Below, piece by piece: positions 1-11,256 of a stretch of 64,000 bases of DNA. The stretch is from an uncultured Candidatus Poseidoniales archaeon. Lineage in GTDB: Archaea > Thermoplasmatota > Poseidoniia > Poseidoniales > Poseidoniaceae. Both the position numbers and the translations under genes were made by a program. Location: assembly GCA_905182185.1 (NCBI GenBank), contig CAJJAP010000001.1, forward strand, positions 11,167 through 75,166, given 5' to 3'. How positions within the stretch are numbered: the stretch's first letter is position 1; the number at the start of each line of letters is the position of its first letter. The notes below the pieces were generated by a model. It saw only the letters and a list, made by a program, of their open reading frames with translations. It made no database searches and was not told where the DNA came from.

Positions 1-1967
1 AATGGTTAGATACAGATAATGATGGCTATGGGGATAATTTTGAAGGAAATGAAGGAGATCATTGTCCTTACAGCCGAGGTTATTCAAATCTAGACCGATT
101 CGGCTGTCTAGATTCAGATGGCGACGGATTTTCTAATGAAGACCCCGGAGCATTGAATGGACTCAGTGCTTGGCATGCCCATCCTCTAGGTTCGGCAGAT
201 GCTTTTACTTACGATAATTCACAGTGGAATGATACCGATGAGGATGGCTTTGGAGATAATTGGCATGATGAATCATGGAATCAATCTCGAGCACAATGGG
301 GTATTGGTCAATGGTTGTTCAACACAACCACTCCAGACGCTTGTCCTTTCATTACAGGAGAATCAAACCAAGACCGCTATGGATGTCCGGATGACGATGC
401 TGATGGCTGGTCTAATGGTGATGAAAATTGGACAATAATGAATGGCTCAGATGCATTTGTTGATGAGCCCACTCAATGGAGTGATAGAGATTTTGACGGA
501 TGGGGAGATAATCATTCCGAAGGTGCAAAACAAGTTGATGATTTTTCAGATAACCCAACCCAATGGCGTGACACCGATGAAGATGGGTGGGGAGATAACA
601 GGACATACGGAGCCACTCAAATAGACGATTTTCCATTCGTAAACTCACAATATAGGGATACAGATGGTGATGGCTACGGTGATAATTTCACTGGCTTTGA
701 GGGGGATGTCTGCGTTTATTCCACCGCTGAAGAAGTAGAATCAGGTTGGATTTCACACTTTGACCGACGTGGTTGTAAGGATTCTGACATGGACGGCTAT
801 TCCGACCCTTCCAACGATTGGATATCCCATCCAGCAGGATTTGCCGATGCTTTTCCAGATGACCGTTCTCAATGGTTTGATAGTGATGATGACGAGTTTG
901 GTGATAACTTAGAGTACTTTGATGGCCAGTCGTGGAGAGAAGCGTTTAGAGGAGATTCTTGCCCCACAACGGAAGGTTCCTCAACAATGGATAGATGGGG
1001 CTGTCCCGATTATGATGGAGATGGCTGGTCCGATCCGACTGTTCATTGGTTAGCAAGTCCAGGGGGAAGTGCAGATTCTTGGCCACATGATGATACGCAG
1101 TGGCATGATATCGATGGCGATAATAGAGGTGATAATCCACTTGGAACAACCGCAGATGCCTGTGTTGATTCTGCAGGAACTTCGCTAGGCCCAGCCACAG
1201 GTGGAGATAGATGGGGTTGCCCTGACACAGACGGCGATGGTTGGTCCGATTTAGGCGATGCTTTCATTCACGAACCAACTCAATGGAGAGATTCTGATGG
1301 TGATGGATATGGTGATGAACAATTTGGAAATCGTGGTGATGCTTGCCCAGATACTAGAGGAACCTCTCTACTCGACCGGCTAGGTTGCCGAGATACCGAT
1401 GGTGATGGATGGAGCGATCCTACCGATAATTGGAAAGCGCATCCATTTGGTCAAGCAGATGCATTCCCTACCGAAGCACTACAATGGAAAGATAGCGATG
1501 GTGATGGCTTTGGTGATGTTCCATTAGGCGCACTACGTGATGATTGCCCAGATGTACATGGTTTGTCAAAGAAAGATGTACAAGGCTGTCCAGATAACAA
1601 TCGGGATGGTTGGTCGAATGAATATGGAGAATATGCAGCGGCTATAGCAATAATGGGCGAAGACCCTGCAGCATCTTGGATGACCTATTTGGTCATCGGA
1701 TTAGGATTTATTCTCGGTGCAGCAGCAGCTCTTACCGTGCGTATTAGTAGGGATAAACTGGGAGAGGAAGAAGCCTTATTCAATGCTAAAGTATCTGACG
1801 AAGAGGTTTTATTAATCTCACAAGGTGAACAAATAACCGGTGAAGGTTTAGATTCATTAGATGGAATGATTCCATTATCGGAATTGCCACCATTGCCACC
1901 ACTCAACGCCGATGGAACATTATCAGATTTACCTATGCCAAGTTTAGGAGGTGAAAACGATGCGTGA
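1..1967 (+). CDS. Surface protein with thrombospondin type-3-like Ca-binding repeats and a C-terminal TM anchor; its 5' end lies outside the window
   Basis: The frame is open from nt 3 (WLDTDNDGYGDNFEG...), so the listed ORF 153..1967 continues upstream. Many D-x-D-x-DG-[WYF]-[GS]-D loops alternate with C-P-x3-G-x6-GC units. The hydrophobic helix YLVIGLGFILGAAAALTV is followed by an E/P-rich tail. Confidence 0.8.
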   Translation, partial: WLDTDNDGYGDNFEGNEGDHCPYSRGYSNLDRFGCLDSDGDGFSNEDPGALNGLSAWHAHPLGSADAFTYDNSQWNDTDEDGFGDNWHDESWNQSRAQWGIGQWLFNTTTPDACPFITGESNQDRYGCPDDDADGWSNGDENWTIMNGSDAFVDEPTQWSDRDFDGWGDNHSEGAKQVDDFSDNPTQWRDTDEDGWGDNRTYGATQIDDFPFVNSQYRDTDGDGYGDNFTGFEGDVCVYSTAEEVESGWISHFDRRGCKDSDMDGYSDPSNDWISHPAGFADAFPDDRSQWFDSDDDEFGDNLEYFDGQSWREAFRGDSCPTTEGSSTMDRWGCPDYDGDGWSDPTVHWLASPGGSADSWPHDDTQWHDIDGDNRGDNPLGTTADACVDSAGTSLGPATGGDRWGCPDTDGDGWSDLGDAFIHEPTQWRDSDGDGYGDEQFGNRGDACPDTRGTSLLDRLGCRDTDGDGWSDPTDNWKAHPFGQADAFPTEALQWKDSDGDGFGDVPLGALRDDCPDVHGLSKKDVQGCPDNNRDGWSNEYGEYAAAIAIMGEDPAASWMTYLVIGLGFILGAAAALTVRISRDKLGEEEALFNAKVSDEEVLLISQGEQITGEGLDSLDGMIPLSELPPLPPLNADGTLSDLPMPSLGGENDA

Positions 1968-3282
1968 TTCAAAGTTTTCATTGATGATAATTACCATATT
2001 ATTCATAACTCTGCTTATCACCGCAAAATAGTGGTATCGTAAGCGCTGAAGAATCTACAACCACTTCACAAGAACAAATGTTATTGGATGAAGGTATCAC
2101 ATTGGTGGCATTAAGAAATGACACATTAGATCTTAATCAAGATGGTGAAACAGATGCTATTCGTGTTGTAGTAATGGTCAATACAAGCAGAGAATGGATA
2201 GACATGGAATTAAGAGTATTAGGCGATTACAAAGGAAAACAAGTGATTGAAAGTGTCACCTTATCCTTCACAGGACAAACCAATGCTAGCATCATGTATG
2301 ACGCGTGGTCTAGTGGCGAACATAGCCTTTCGTTACAATTTGTTAATGCAGATGGCAACGTTATCACAACTTACCAACTAGCAACATATTCATTAATTCC
2401 AGCATTAAAGACTCCTAGAATTAACCTACAACTGAGCGCACCGGCATGGATAGAAACAGGTGATGAATGCCTCATAGAGAGGAATTTTTCGGATGAAACA
2501 GGTCCTCGTTATGATGCGATAGGGACGAGAACTTTTTCAGGTGCGCCATTTTCAGTATTAGACGACCAACAAACTCTAGATTGTTCACATTGGCCTGCTG
2601 GAGATTATCAATTAAGGGAGTCATATAGGAATGGGTTGGGACAAACTGCAGAATCATGGCTCAACTTGACGATTCACAATAAAGAAGCGCCTAGTTTTTC
2701 TTTAGAAGTAAATGGAAACTATAATTCAACAGATATTCCTTGTAAAGTCATTATGGTAGCCAATATGGTTGTTGTGGATTTCGATGAGTTCGAAAAGGTT
2801 TGGAGAATCCAAGGTTCAATAATTCCACAAGCAAATGGGAGTGAATTTGATTGTTCAGTACTGCCCGCTGGAGTTCATTTGGTTTCCCTCGAAGTAATAA
2901 ATAATGAAAAGATTTCAACTATTGAAGGAATCAATTTAGTGCGATTACCTGGTGCTGATTTATCTGCGGAACAAGAAAAATCTCTACCATCTCGTTCTAA
3001 GGGTGAGAAACGCCTACAGAATCAGTAGGTTGGTTTTCAATAGGGGCCCTGGGACTGATCGTCAGTGTATTGGTATACATAATTCTGGTACGCGTCCAAG
3101 ACGGACCAGAGATGCGAGAACTTCCTAATCTTGGCCCTGAACCGCAAATATTAGCAGATGGTTCTCCAGATTCAGAAGGGTTGCCAACAACGACAGACGA
3201 TGATGGCGTTTTGTGGAGGCAAAACGCAGATGGAGCGATGGATTGGTGGGACCAAGAAATGCGAGTTTGGCATAGGTGGTGA
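1960..3282 (+). CDS. Hypothetical membrane-anchored extracellular protein whose reading frame is broken twice
   Basis: The main ORF is 2078..3028. A 23-codon signal-peptide-like ORF at 1960..2031 (MRDSKFSLMIITILFITLLITAK) lies in another frame. A TM helix plus tail (VGWFSIGALGLIVSVLVYIILV..., stop at 3282) lies in the third frame, open from 3007. The breaks sit at A-runs 2025-2028 and 3008-3010. The ATG at 1960 overlaps the stop of the upstream gene. Confidence 0.55.
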
Positions 3283-3286
3283 ACAT

Positions 3287-4156
3287 TTGATAGAGCAATT
3301 ATTTGATGACCCGATTCTATTAGGCCTATGCGCCATTGCATTGGTAGTAGCGATTACAATACTGTTGATGATTTTCATTTGGACGACAAAGATATGGCCT
3401 CTAAAACCTAAACTAGAGGCCAATTGGCGCTCAGATTGTGAGTTTCATGGCCAAGCAATAATCGATGGCACAAAAATTACATTTAAAAATGTCAGAGATT
3501 TCTTCTGGCGCACCACAAAAGATTTTGATGGCAATTGGATAGATGAAATAACAGTAGATTCCGAGGAAATCAAGGATATATGGTTCGTAGTAGACCAGTT
3601 CCATTCAATCAAAGGTTTGGCTCATACTTTGGTAACCATTGAATTTAATGACGGTGTTTGTCTCTCATTTTCATTTGAAGCAAGGAGGGTTGTTGGCCAA
3701 AGGTATCATCCATGGGATGGATTATGGCGTGCCTATGAATTGTATTTACTAGTTGGGCTAGAGAGCGATATAATGGGGCTTCGCACTAATGTTAGTAAGA
3801 ATAAAGATTACATGTTTAGAGCGATTACTCCACCAGGAAAAGATAAACAAATGCTCTTCGGTCTTGCAAAGAAGCTAAACAAGTTAGTTGAAGAGCCAGA
3901 ATTTTATCATTCATTACTCACAACTTGTAATACTTCAATAGTCAGTCTAGTCAACAAAGTGACGCCCGGTAGAATACCATTTACTTGGAGAAATTTACTT
4001 CCAGGATATACTCCAAGGGCCGCCTTCAAACTCGGATTGATTGAGGATTGGGGCGGTTTTGATCAAACGATAGAGGTATCCAGAATAGACTTAATTGCTC
4101 AAAAATGGGATGGAGAAGGAACATATTCTGAAATGCTTAGAGAACATTTGCCATAA
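3287..4156 (+). CDS. DUF4105 (Lnb N-terminal domain)-like membrane-anchored protein
   Basis: The listed ORF 3158..4156 overlaps the tail of the preceding gene at its first ~40 codons. The likely start is TTG 3287, after GGTGGTGA, or ATG 3371. It has an N-terminal TM helix, the conserved-His block GLAHTLVTIEF and a YHSLLTTCNTS block resembling the DUF4105 signature. Confidence 0.55.
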   Translation: MIEQLFDDPILLGLCAIALVVAITILLMIFIWTTKIWPLKPKLEANWRSDCEFHGQAIIDGTKITFKNVRDFFWRTTKDFDGNWIDEITVDSEEIKDIWFVVDQFHSIKGLAHTLVTIEFNDGVCLSFSFEARRVVGQRYHPWDGLWRAYELYLLVGLESDIMGLRTNVSKNKDYMFRAITPPGKDKQMLFGLAKKLNKLVEEPEFYHSLLTTCNTSIVSLVNKVTPGRIPFTWRNLLPGYTPRAAFKLGLIEDWGGFDQTIEVSRIDLIAQKWDGEGTYSEMLREHLP

Positions 4157-4161
4157 TTATT

Positions 4162-4806
4162 TCAACGTTCTAGCAATAATAGCAGGTGGCCTCCAAGGTG
4201 AGAGATTTGTATTTGTTGTCCGTTAGATTCGTTGTGTAATCCATTGGTTCCAGGTAATAATCGTTGATTGTTTAATGGCCACTTTACTCCACTGAGTTTA
4301 ACTCCATTGACAGTGCCAATTGCGAATAATGAAATGTTCTTTCCTTTTTCTATAGAATTAAAGGCTAAGCCTTCACTGGGGACTAATCTAGCAGTCCAGT
4401 TATCGAGGTGGAGAATTGCATTTGATCCCTGCTCACAAAGAGAGAAATAAGCACCGATTTGATGGTCTAACCGTCCTCCTTCTACTCCTATGACATCAAT
4501 GTTTGTGGCATCTAGGTGTTTGCAATATTGTAGGGCTTTTGCCAAATCATTCGAGTCTTGATTTGGCATTGGAATCACAGTAATGCCTAATTGTTCAATT
4601 TGCGAGCCAAACATTTGTTGCGGAATAGAATCTAAGTCACCAACAATGAAGTTGGGTATTATGTCATTTTGTAATAATTGCACTACTGCTCCATCACAAG
4701 CGATTATGATGTCAGAACAATCAACTAACGGCTTCCAAATCGCTTGATTAGGCCATGTACCATTGGCCGCGATGAGGACATTCTTAGCCTGCATAAAATA
4801 GCCCAA
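4162..4806 (-). CDS. thiN: Thiamine pyrophosphokinase
   Basis: Contains the GDLDS, NQDSNDLAKAL and GGRLDH motifs in TPK order. Its ~210-aa size fits the family. Confidence 0.75.
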   Translation of the reverse strand: MGYFMQAKNVLIAANGTWPNQAIWKPLVDCSDIIIACDGAVVQLLQNDIIPNFIVGDLDSIPQQMFGSQIEQLGITVIPMPNQDSNDLAKALQYCKHLDATNIDVIGVEGGRLDHQIGAYFSLCEQGSNAILHLDNWTARLVPSEGLAFNSIEKGKNISLFAIGTVNGVKLSGVKWPLNNQRLLPGTNGLHNESNGQQIQISHLGGHLLLLLER

Positions 4807-4866
4807 TCTCTCTTTATTTTCAAATACACCGCATCAATAATTAAGCATAAAATAGTACGATTTTGC

Positions 4867-4905
4867 GATTAGTTGACATGACCCCCTATGGGGGTCAAAC
4901 TAATC
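4867..4905. promoter_or_regulatory. Compound inverted repeat in a divergent intergenic region
   Basis: The sequence is gattagtt-gaca-tgaccccc-tat-gggggtca-aactaatc: two 8-bp stems, a 4-nt bulge and a triloop. It lies between the thiN start (4806, -) and the giant surface gene start (4950, +). Confidence 0.4.
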
Positions 4906-4949
4906 ATTTAGCGAGAAGCGTTTAGAAGTAACGCTGTCGTCATGATACT

Positions 4950-7900
4950 ATGTCGGATGCGGGTGGCAAGACTTTGCCAATAAAATCGATGCTTCTTGCG
5001 TTCTTTTTTGTTGCCCAAATACTGACTCCAATTCTCTCAAGTATGGCTGTAGACCAAGAAACCTTGCAGCCTGAAGAGATCGTAATGGGTACTTCTCTGG
5101 TTCCATTTTCTAATGGTTATAGTCATGACTTTGCTGACACTGTAATTGATTTTGATGGACTTCAGGGTGCTGAAGTTAGAAGTGAATCCGCATTGGATGT
5201 TTGGAGAAGTGAAGTACTGTATTCTCAACCGCTATGGGCCAATATGGTCAATGAAACACCAGGAACACCAGATATAGTTGTCACTGGGCGAGAGAAATTG
5301 AACTTCTGTTGGTCAACTCTTGAAGGTAATATTCGTGTTGCTGGGCGCTATTTAAATGGTAATTGGGATGGATCCTTAGTCGATACAGTGGCACCTGTAA
5401 CAAATCAATCCACATTAGTTGATTGTGCGATTTCGGTGACAAATAATGGCCGATATCAGTTATTATATGTAGACGGTAATGATCTCAAAATGGCAAGAAT
5501 CGCCTACGAATCTCCAGTTTATACCGCACAAGACGTGGCATACGAGAACAATAATTGAAGATTCTAATGTAACTCATTTAGAACTCTCAAATACCCTGAA
5601 CGACTTAGAATGGGGCTTATTTAGAAATACGGATGGGCAATTATGGCAGATAAGTTACACTGGCACAAGATGGCATACAACTCTGATGGACAATGGCCCT
5701 GTAGGTGAAGATTTTGAATTATCCATTGATTCAGATGATATTATACATATTTTGTACACATTGCCGTCCGATGGCGAAGTGCGCCTTATTAGAATTGAAA
5801 ACGGTGTCCAGGACAATCGTGTCTTAGCTCGTGATAGTAATCTTGGCCAAATGATTGGAATGGGATTAGATTCAAACTTATACGAACAAATAGCGACTTC
5901 GATTGTCGATGGCGACAATACTACAGTCCAACTTCTTCGTTCCCTTTCGGGACAGGATGATGGCCGGATAGACACACAAGCAAGTTGGGTTCTATCTGGA
6001 GCCAATGATGCTACTGAAGGAGAGTTATTGATAGGTGATTTCAATGATGATGGATTTGATGATTTTGCTTACAATAACCCTTCCGCTAATACCGATGGAC
6101 TGATTGAAAACGGTCAAGCGACCATATATTTCGGCGCTCCTACAGGTCCAAATACCACTCAAGCAGACATCATTATCAATGGAACATCTTCAGGTGATCG
6201 GCTGTCATCAGGCATTGCAGTTGGTGATTATAACGGCGATGGTTATGATGATTTAGCATTGGGTTCTCCTGGATTCGATGCACCAGATAATAGTAGCGAT
6301 GGGCATGGCAGAATAGAGATTTATCTTGGAGATTCCAATGGCCTCAGCAATACCACTTGGTGGAACCAAAGCGGTGCTGCTGGTGATGCATTGGGTTGGA
6401 AATTAGAATCCATTAACGATTGTGACTTTGATGGCGACTTTGAATTGGCAGCAGTTTCAAAGAATTGGTCGGAAGTAGTTACAGAAGTTAAAAATAATAC
6501 GGGTAAAGTTAGTATTTTCTTAGGGAGTTCATCATCATTAATCTTTAATAGAAACATTAGCCAAAGCATGGAAGGTAATTTATTCGGAAGAGCATTAGCA
6601 AGCGGGGGAGACCTCAATGGTGATGGTTTTGCTGATTTGGCAATCTCTAATACCGATTCAGAATTAAACCCTACAGGTTATTCTTCAATCGAAGTTTTCT
6701 ATGGTTCCTTATCAGGATATAATGGCACACCCGATGCAACGATACAATCTATTGTCCAAGGTCGTTTGATGGGTTGGCAAATTGAAATTATTTCGGATAT
6801 AAATGGTGACGGTTTTGACGAATTAGCATTCTCTGAAATATTCAATGGCACATCATCTTACCAAGCGGGCAAGGTGAGGATGTACCATGGTTCCGCTAAT
6901 GGAATTGGCGGAGAACCAGATTACACTATAGTCGGCGATTCTCCAAATGATAGAATGGGCTACGCATTACGTAGCGCTGGCGATGTAAACGAGGATGGAT
7001 ACGGAGATATGTTCATTGTTCAAGATGGGGCATTAAAGAACGGTGTAGTCAAATTATTCTTAGGTTCAGCATCAGGCTTGAGAAGTGATGTACAAACCAT
7101 TGTCCAAGGCGATAGCCAAGAAAAGTTCGGTACCTCGATTGCTACTAATGCCGATTTGGATGGCGATGGGTTAAATGAATTAATAATCAGTAAAAGAAAT
7201 GAAAATCTCGGAACCTCCTATGGATTAGAGTATCATATTTTATCTGAAAGAGATTGGGAAGCAACTGATTTCACTTACCAAGGAGATTTACAATCTCTCA
7301 ATTTGGCGACATCAGCATCGGGTGAATCGAGTATGATGTTGACACTTGTAGTGGATAATACTACACAATTACACAAATTAGAACATGCTAACGATGGCAG
7401 TCCTCTCGGCATTTGGCTAGATCAAGAAATTACTTTATCTAATCAAAATAATACTACAGTTGAATATGCAGTTTCAAATGCAGGTAGGCCAATTATTCTA
7501 ACAAGTGATGCAGTAAATGGTATTGTATATCATACTGCATCAGCATTTACTGCAGTTGAAAATCAACTGGCAACCCTTGGCACAATGGGTCAATATCTTG
7601 GCAGCACAATAGATGATTCAGGTCGCCAGCACCTCGCATATACTTCCGGCTCAGGAAATCAAATATTTGCTAGTATTGAAGGCGAATCTTCATGGACTCA
7701 TGAATTGGTTAGAGCTTCAATTGTCTTAGATGCTGAGATCTCAGTTATTGTAGATTCCAATAATAATACCAATTTAATTTATAGAGATTCATCCGATGAT
7801 AGTCTCGAGTTGGCTACAAAGTTTAGTTCATGGTCATTGACAGATATGGGTGATGTTGGTAGTGCGGTAAGCCTGGATCATCCAGCAGTATTACTACCAA

Positions 7901-10900
7901 ATGGTTCATTCGCAATCGCTCTGATAGAATCTGATGGCACCACTTCCAATTTGAGTCAATGGATTTGGAATGGAACCGCAATTTCCTCTACAGTTCTTCA
8001 GTCAGAAACTGATTTAGCCACTGATATTGAAATCGAATTATCTGTTGATGGTTATTTGTACATTACTGCATTGACAAATTCTGGAACGCTATCAGTATTC
8101 AAGAGTATGTGGAATGATAGCAACTGGACAAATCCTACCGTACCCCAACCGCAAGGCGGAATTAATGATTATCAAGTAGATTTAGAGGTTATAACCACTG
8201 CAACTTTGGCTATTAGAGGAAATGGAAATAGTGACGTCATCTACGTTGAAGATGATGATGGCAATTGGACAACTATTGCTACACAGCCATCTTCAACCGC
8301 AAGCGGAGTATGGGATCTAGTAGAATTAGATGACCATTATATTCTATTGACCAGTGAACCAACCAGTAACTTACTAACATGGAATTCTTTATCCAAAAAT
8401 CAAATCAACGGTGCACCAGCACCTTGGATGAGCATGACTTTCGGAGATATTAGAGCAGGTAATCACATCGATGCAGATATAGATTCAAATGGAACAGTAA
8501 TGCTATCAATTTGGGATTCGGTCAACAATGACGTAGACCTATTGAGATTATATTACGACCAAGATAGAGATTTGATTTTTGATTTATTGGATTCTTTCCC
8601 AACACTTGGAAATCAATGGAATGATAGCGACGGTGATAATTATGGAGACAATAATCTTGGACCATCATTTGATAGTTGCCCTACAACAGCAGGCCCTTCA
8701 TCATTCTTTGAAATGGGCTGTATAGATTATGATAGCGATGGTTATTCGGATTCAATAGATGACTGTTCAGACGTTGGAGGAACTTCATGGATAGACCGGC
8801 AGGGATGTATTGATGTAGACCAAGATGGTTGGTCTGATAATGACGGCAGCTATTATTCCGGAGACGAATTTTCAACTAATTGGAAACAATCTAAGGATAC
8901 CGACGGTGACGGTTATGGGGATAATTCAGGCCCTGATTGTTGTTCAACATGGCTAGAGCCTAGTGCTTCAGCAGGAGATTTGTTCCCTTTCAATCCAAGT
9001 CAATACCAAGATTATGATGGCGATGGATGGGGGGATAACGATTCAGACCCTATTGCTGGCGATAAATGTCCTTACGAATGGGGGTCTTCTTGGCGTGACA
9101 GATTTGGCTGCCTTGATTCCGATGGTGATGGTGCAAGTAATCCTTCAGCAATAGGTGAATTTCTAGAATACAATGCATCACATGGCGCTGATGCTTGGGA
9201 AAACGACTCGACTCAATGGGTTGATTCAGATGGGGATGGATATGGCGATAATAGCACAGAAGGTGCGGTAAATCCCGATTATTTCCCTAATAATATAGCC
9301 GCAGCCAATGATTTAGATTTTGATGGTTACCCCGATGCATGGACTTCTTATTATAACGGAACCAATAATAACGGTTTATCACTTGATGGATGCCCCGATA
9401 CGTGGGGTAATTCAACAAAGCCATATCCTGGATGTTCAGATCTAGATGGTGATGGGTGGATGGATTCACAAGATGATTTCCCACTGGAAAAGACCCAGTG
9501 GTTAGATAGTGATGGCGATGGTTTTGGAGATGAAGCAGATGGCTTTGAAGCGGATGTCTGTCCTATAGTTTCAGGTGTCATCAACGGCACAGAAGGAATG
9601 GGTTGTCCACTAATCAATTCCGAAGACGATGACCTTGATTCGGTATACGATGAATTTGACCAATGCCCTAATACCGGATTTGATTTAGAGGTCGATGCTA
9701 ATGGTTGTGCTCAAAATCAATTAGATTCAGATCAAGATGGGGTAACCAATGATGTTGATCAATGCCCAGATACTGAATTTGGCGATACTGTTGATGCAGA
9801 TGGTTGCAGTCAAACTCAACAAACGACAGACACTGATGGTGATGGCGTATATGATCCGGTAGACCTATGTCCATTAACTGCAAATGAAGAAACTGCCGAT
9901 GAAAATGGTTGTGGAGAATCACAAAAAGACGATGATTTAGATGGAGTCAATAATGACCTTGACCTATGTCCTGATACCGCAGTAGGATTCCCAGTAAGTT
10001 CTGATGGTTGTATTGATGAAACTGCATTGGATACAGATCTTGATGGCGATGGTTGGAAAGGAAATTATTCCTTTACATTAAATTCCACCACTGGACTGAG
10101 AGAAAACCAAAGTGGCGACGCATTCCCTCTAGAGGCAACACAATGGCATGACAAAGATGGTGATGGCTATGGTGACAATTTGAACGGGAATAATGGAGAC
10201 CAATGTCCCGATGAGCATGGGTTATCCTTCGAAGATTTCCTCGGTTGTTACGACGATGGTGACGGTTGGAGAGATTTATTTGAACCTGAATCTCTACGTG
10301 GTGATGCAACTCAATGGGAGGATTATGACTTAGATGGATATGGAGATAATGCTTCAGGAATAAACCCAGACCTTTGCCCAGAGACTCATATAAACTTTAA
10401 GAAAGAAGTAAATGAATATGGTTGCGATTCTCAGAACTGGGATAGTGACAATGATGGTGTGGTTGACTTCTATGATATTTGTATTGATGAGCCCAAAGGT
10501 GTTGATGGGTATTCCGATGGCTGCCCCAAACTCAAAACAACCGATACAGAATCATCAACAATTCTTGGATTTTCTAAGATGACCTTAATAGCTATAATTG
10601 GTGGTACAATTACATTATTGGTTGTCATTGCTATAGTATTGAGATTAGTTCGTGGAGATGACGACTATGATGTTGATGATGATGATGATGAGGATTGGGA
10701 TGATGAAGACGATTTCATGGCTTCATTGAGAAGCAGTCCAAAGAGTAGTTCAGCGAAAACACCTCCAAGCAGAGGTAATGACAGAAGTTCAACCACTCCT
10801 TCGAGTAGAGGCCCTCCTGGCAAGTCGCTTCCAAGTAGGGGCCCCCCAGGAAACTCTTCTCCGAGTAGAGGTCCTCCAGGCTCAACTGCGGGCAAAGCAA

Positions 10901-11169
10901 AACCAACTTCCAGCACTGAAGTTGCCGAACCTCAAGCAGATGATGAGGAAGAACAAGGCGCAAAGAAAACTAAGAGAAAGGCGACGATGAAAGTTGATTT
11001 GAGCATTTTCGAAAGACACCAAACCGCCGATAGAGAATCTGCTGCGAATTGGGTAAAACAAGCCTTATCCGATGGTGAAGAGCAAAGAAACATCATGATG
11101 CAATTGCAGGAAACAGGGTGGACGGCCGAACAATCTAGGGCTATTTTTGATTTAGGACGGAGTCGATGA
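4950..11169 (+). CDS. Giant surface protein with signal peptide, FG-GAP (integrin-alpha-like) repeats, thrombospondin type-3-like repeats, a TM anchor and a long cytoplasmic tail; one frame break near 5545
   Basis: ORF 4950..5558 (signal peptide LLAFFFVAQILTPILSSMA) and ORF 5479..11169 overlap and read as one protein if one base is removed near gagaacaat (~5545). FG-GAP-like blocks include GDFNDDGFDDFA, GDYNGDGYDDLALGSPG and GDLNGDGFADLAIS. There are many DSDGDGYGDN loops. The TM helix LIAIIGGTITLLVVIAIVL is followed by an acidic run and 3x PSRGPPG. Confidence 0.8.
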
Positions 11170-11256
11170 AGTGTCACAAATATTTCTGAAAGGAGTATCC
11201 TTTGGCATCAGCCATAAGAAGGGGACTAAGTACGGTAACAATTGAGGGGATTGAAT

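Noticed and set aside
3070-3286. ORF 3070..3282 as a separate small gene, and the 5' extension (3158-3286) of the DUF4105 ORF
   Set aside because: The 3070 frame is open from 3007 and begins with a TM helix that fits as the missing anchor of the upstream extracellular protein. The overlapping 5' part of ORF 3158..4156 (MVLQIQKGCQQRQ...) then has no support.
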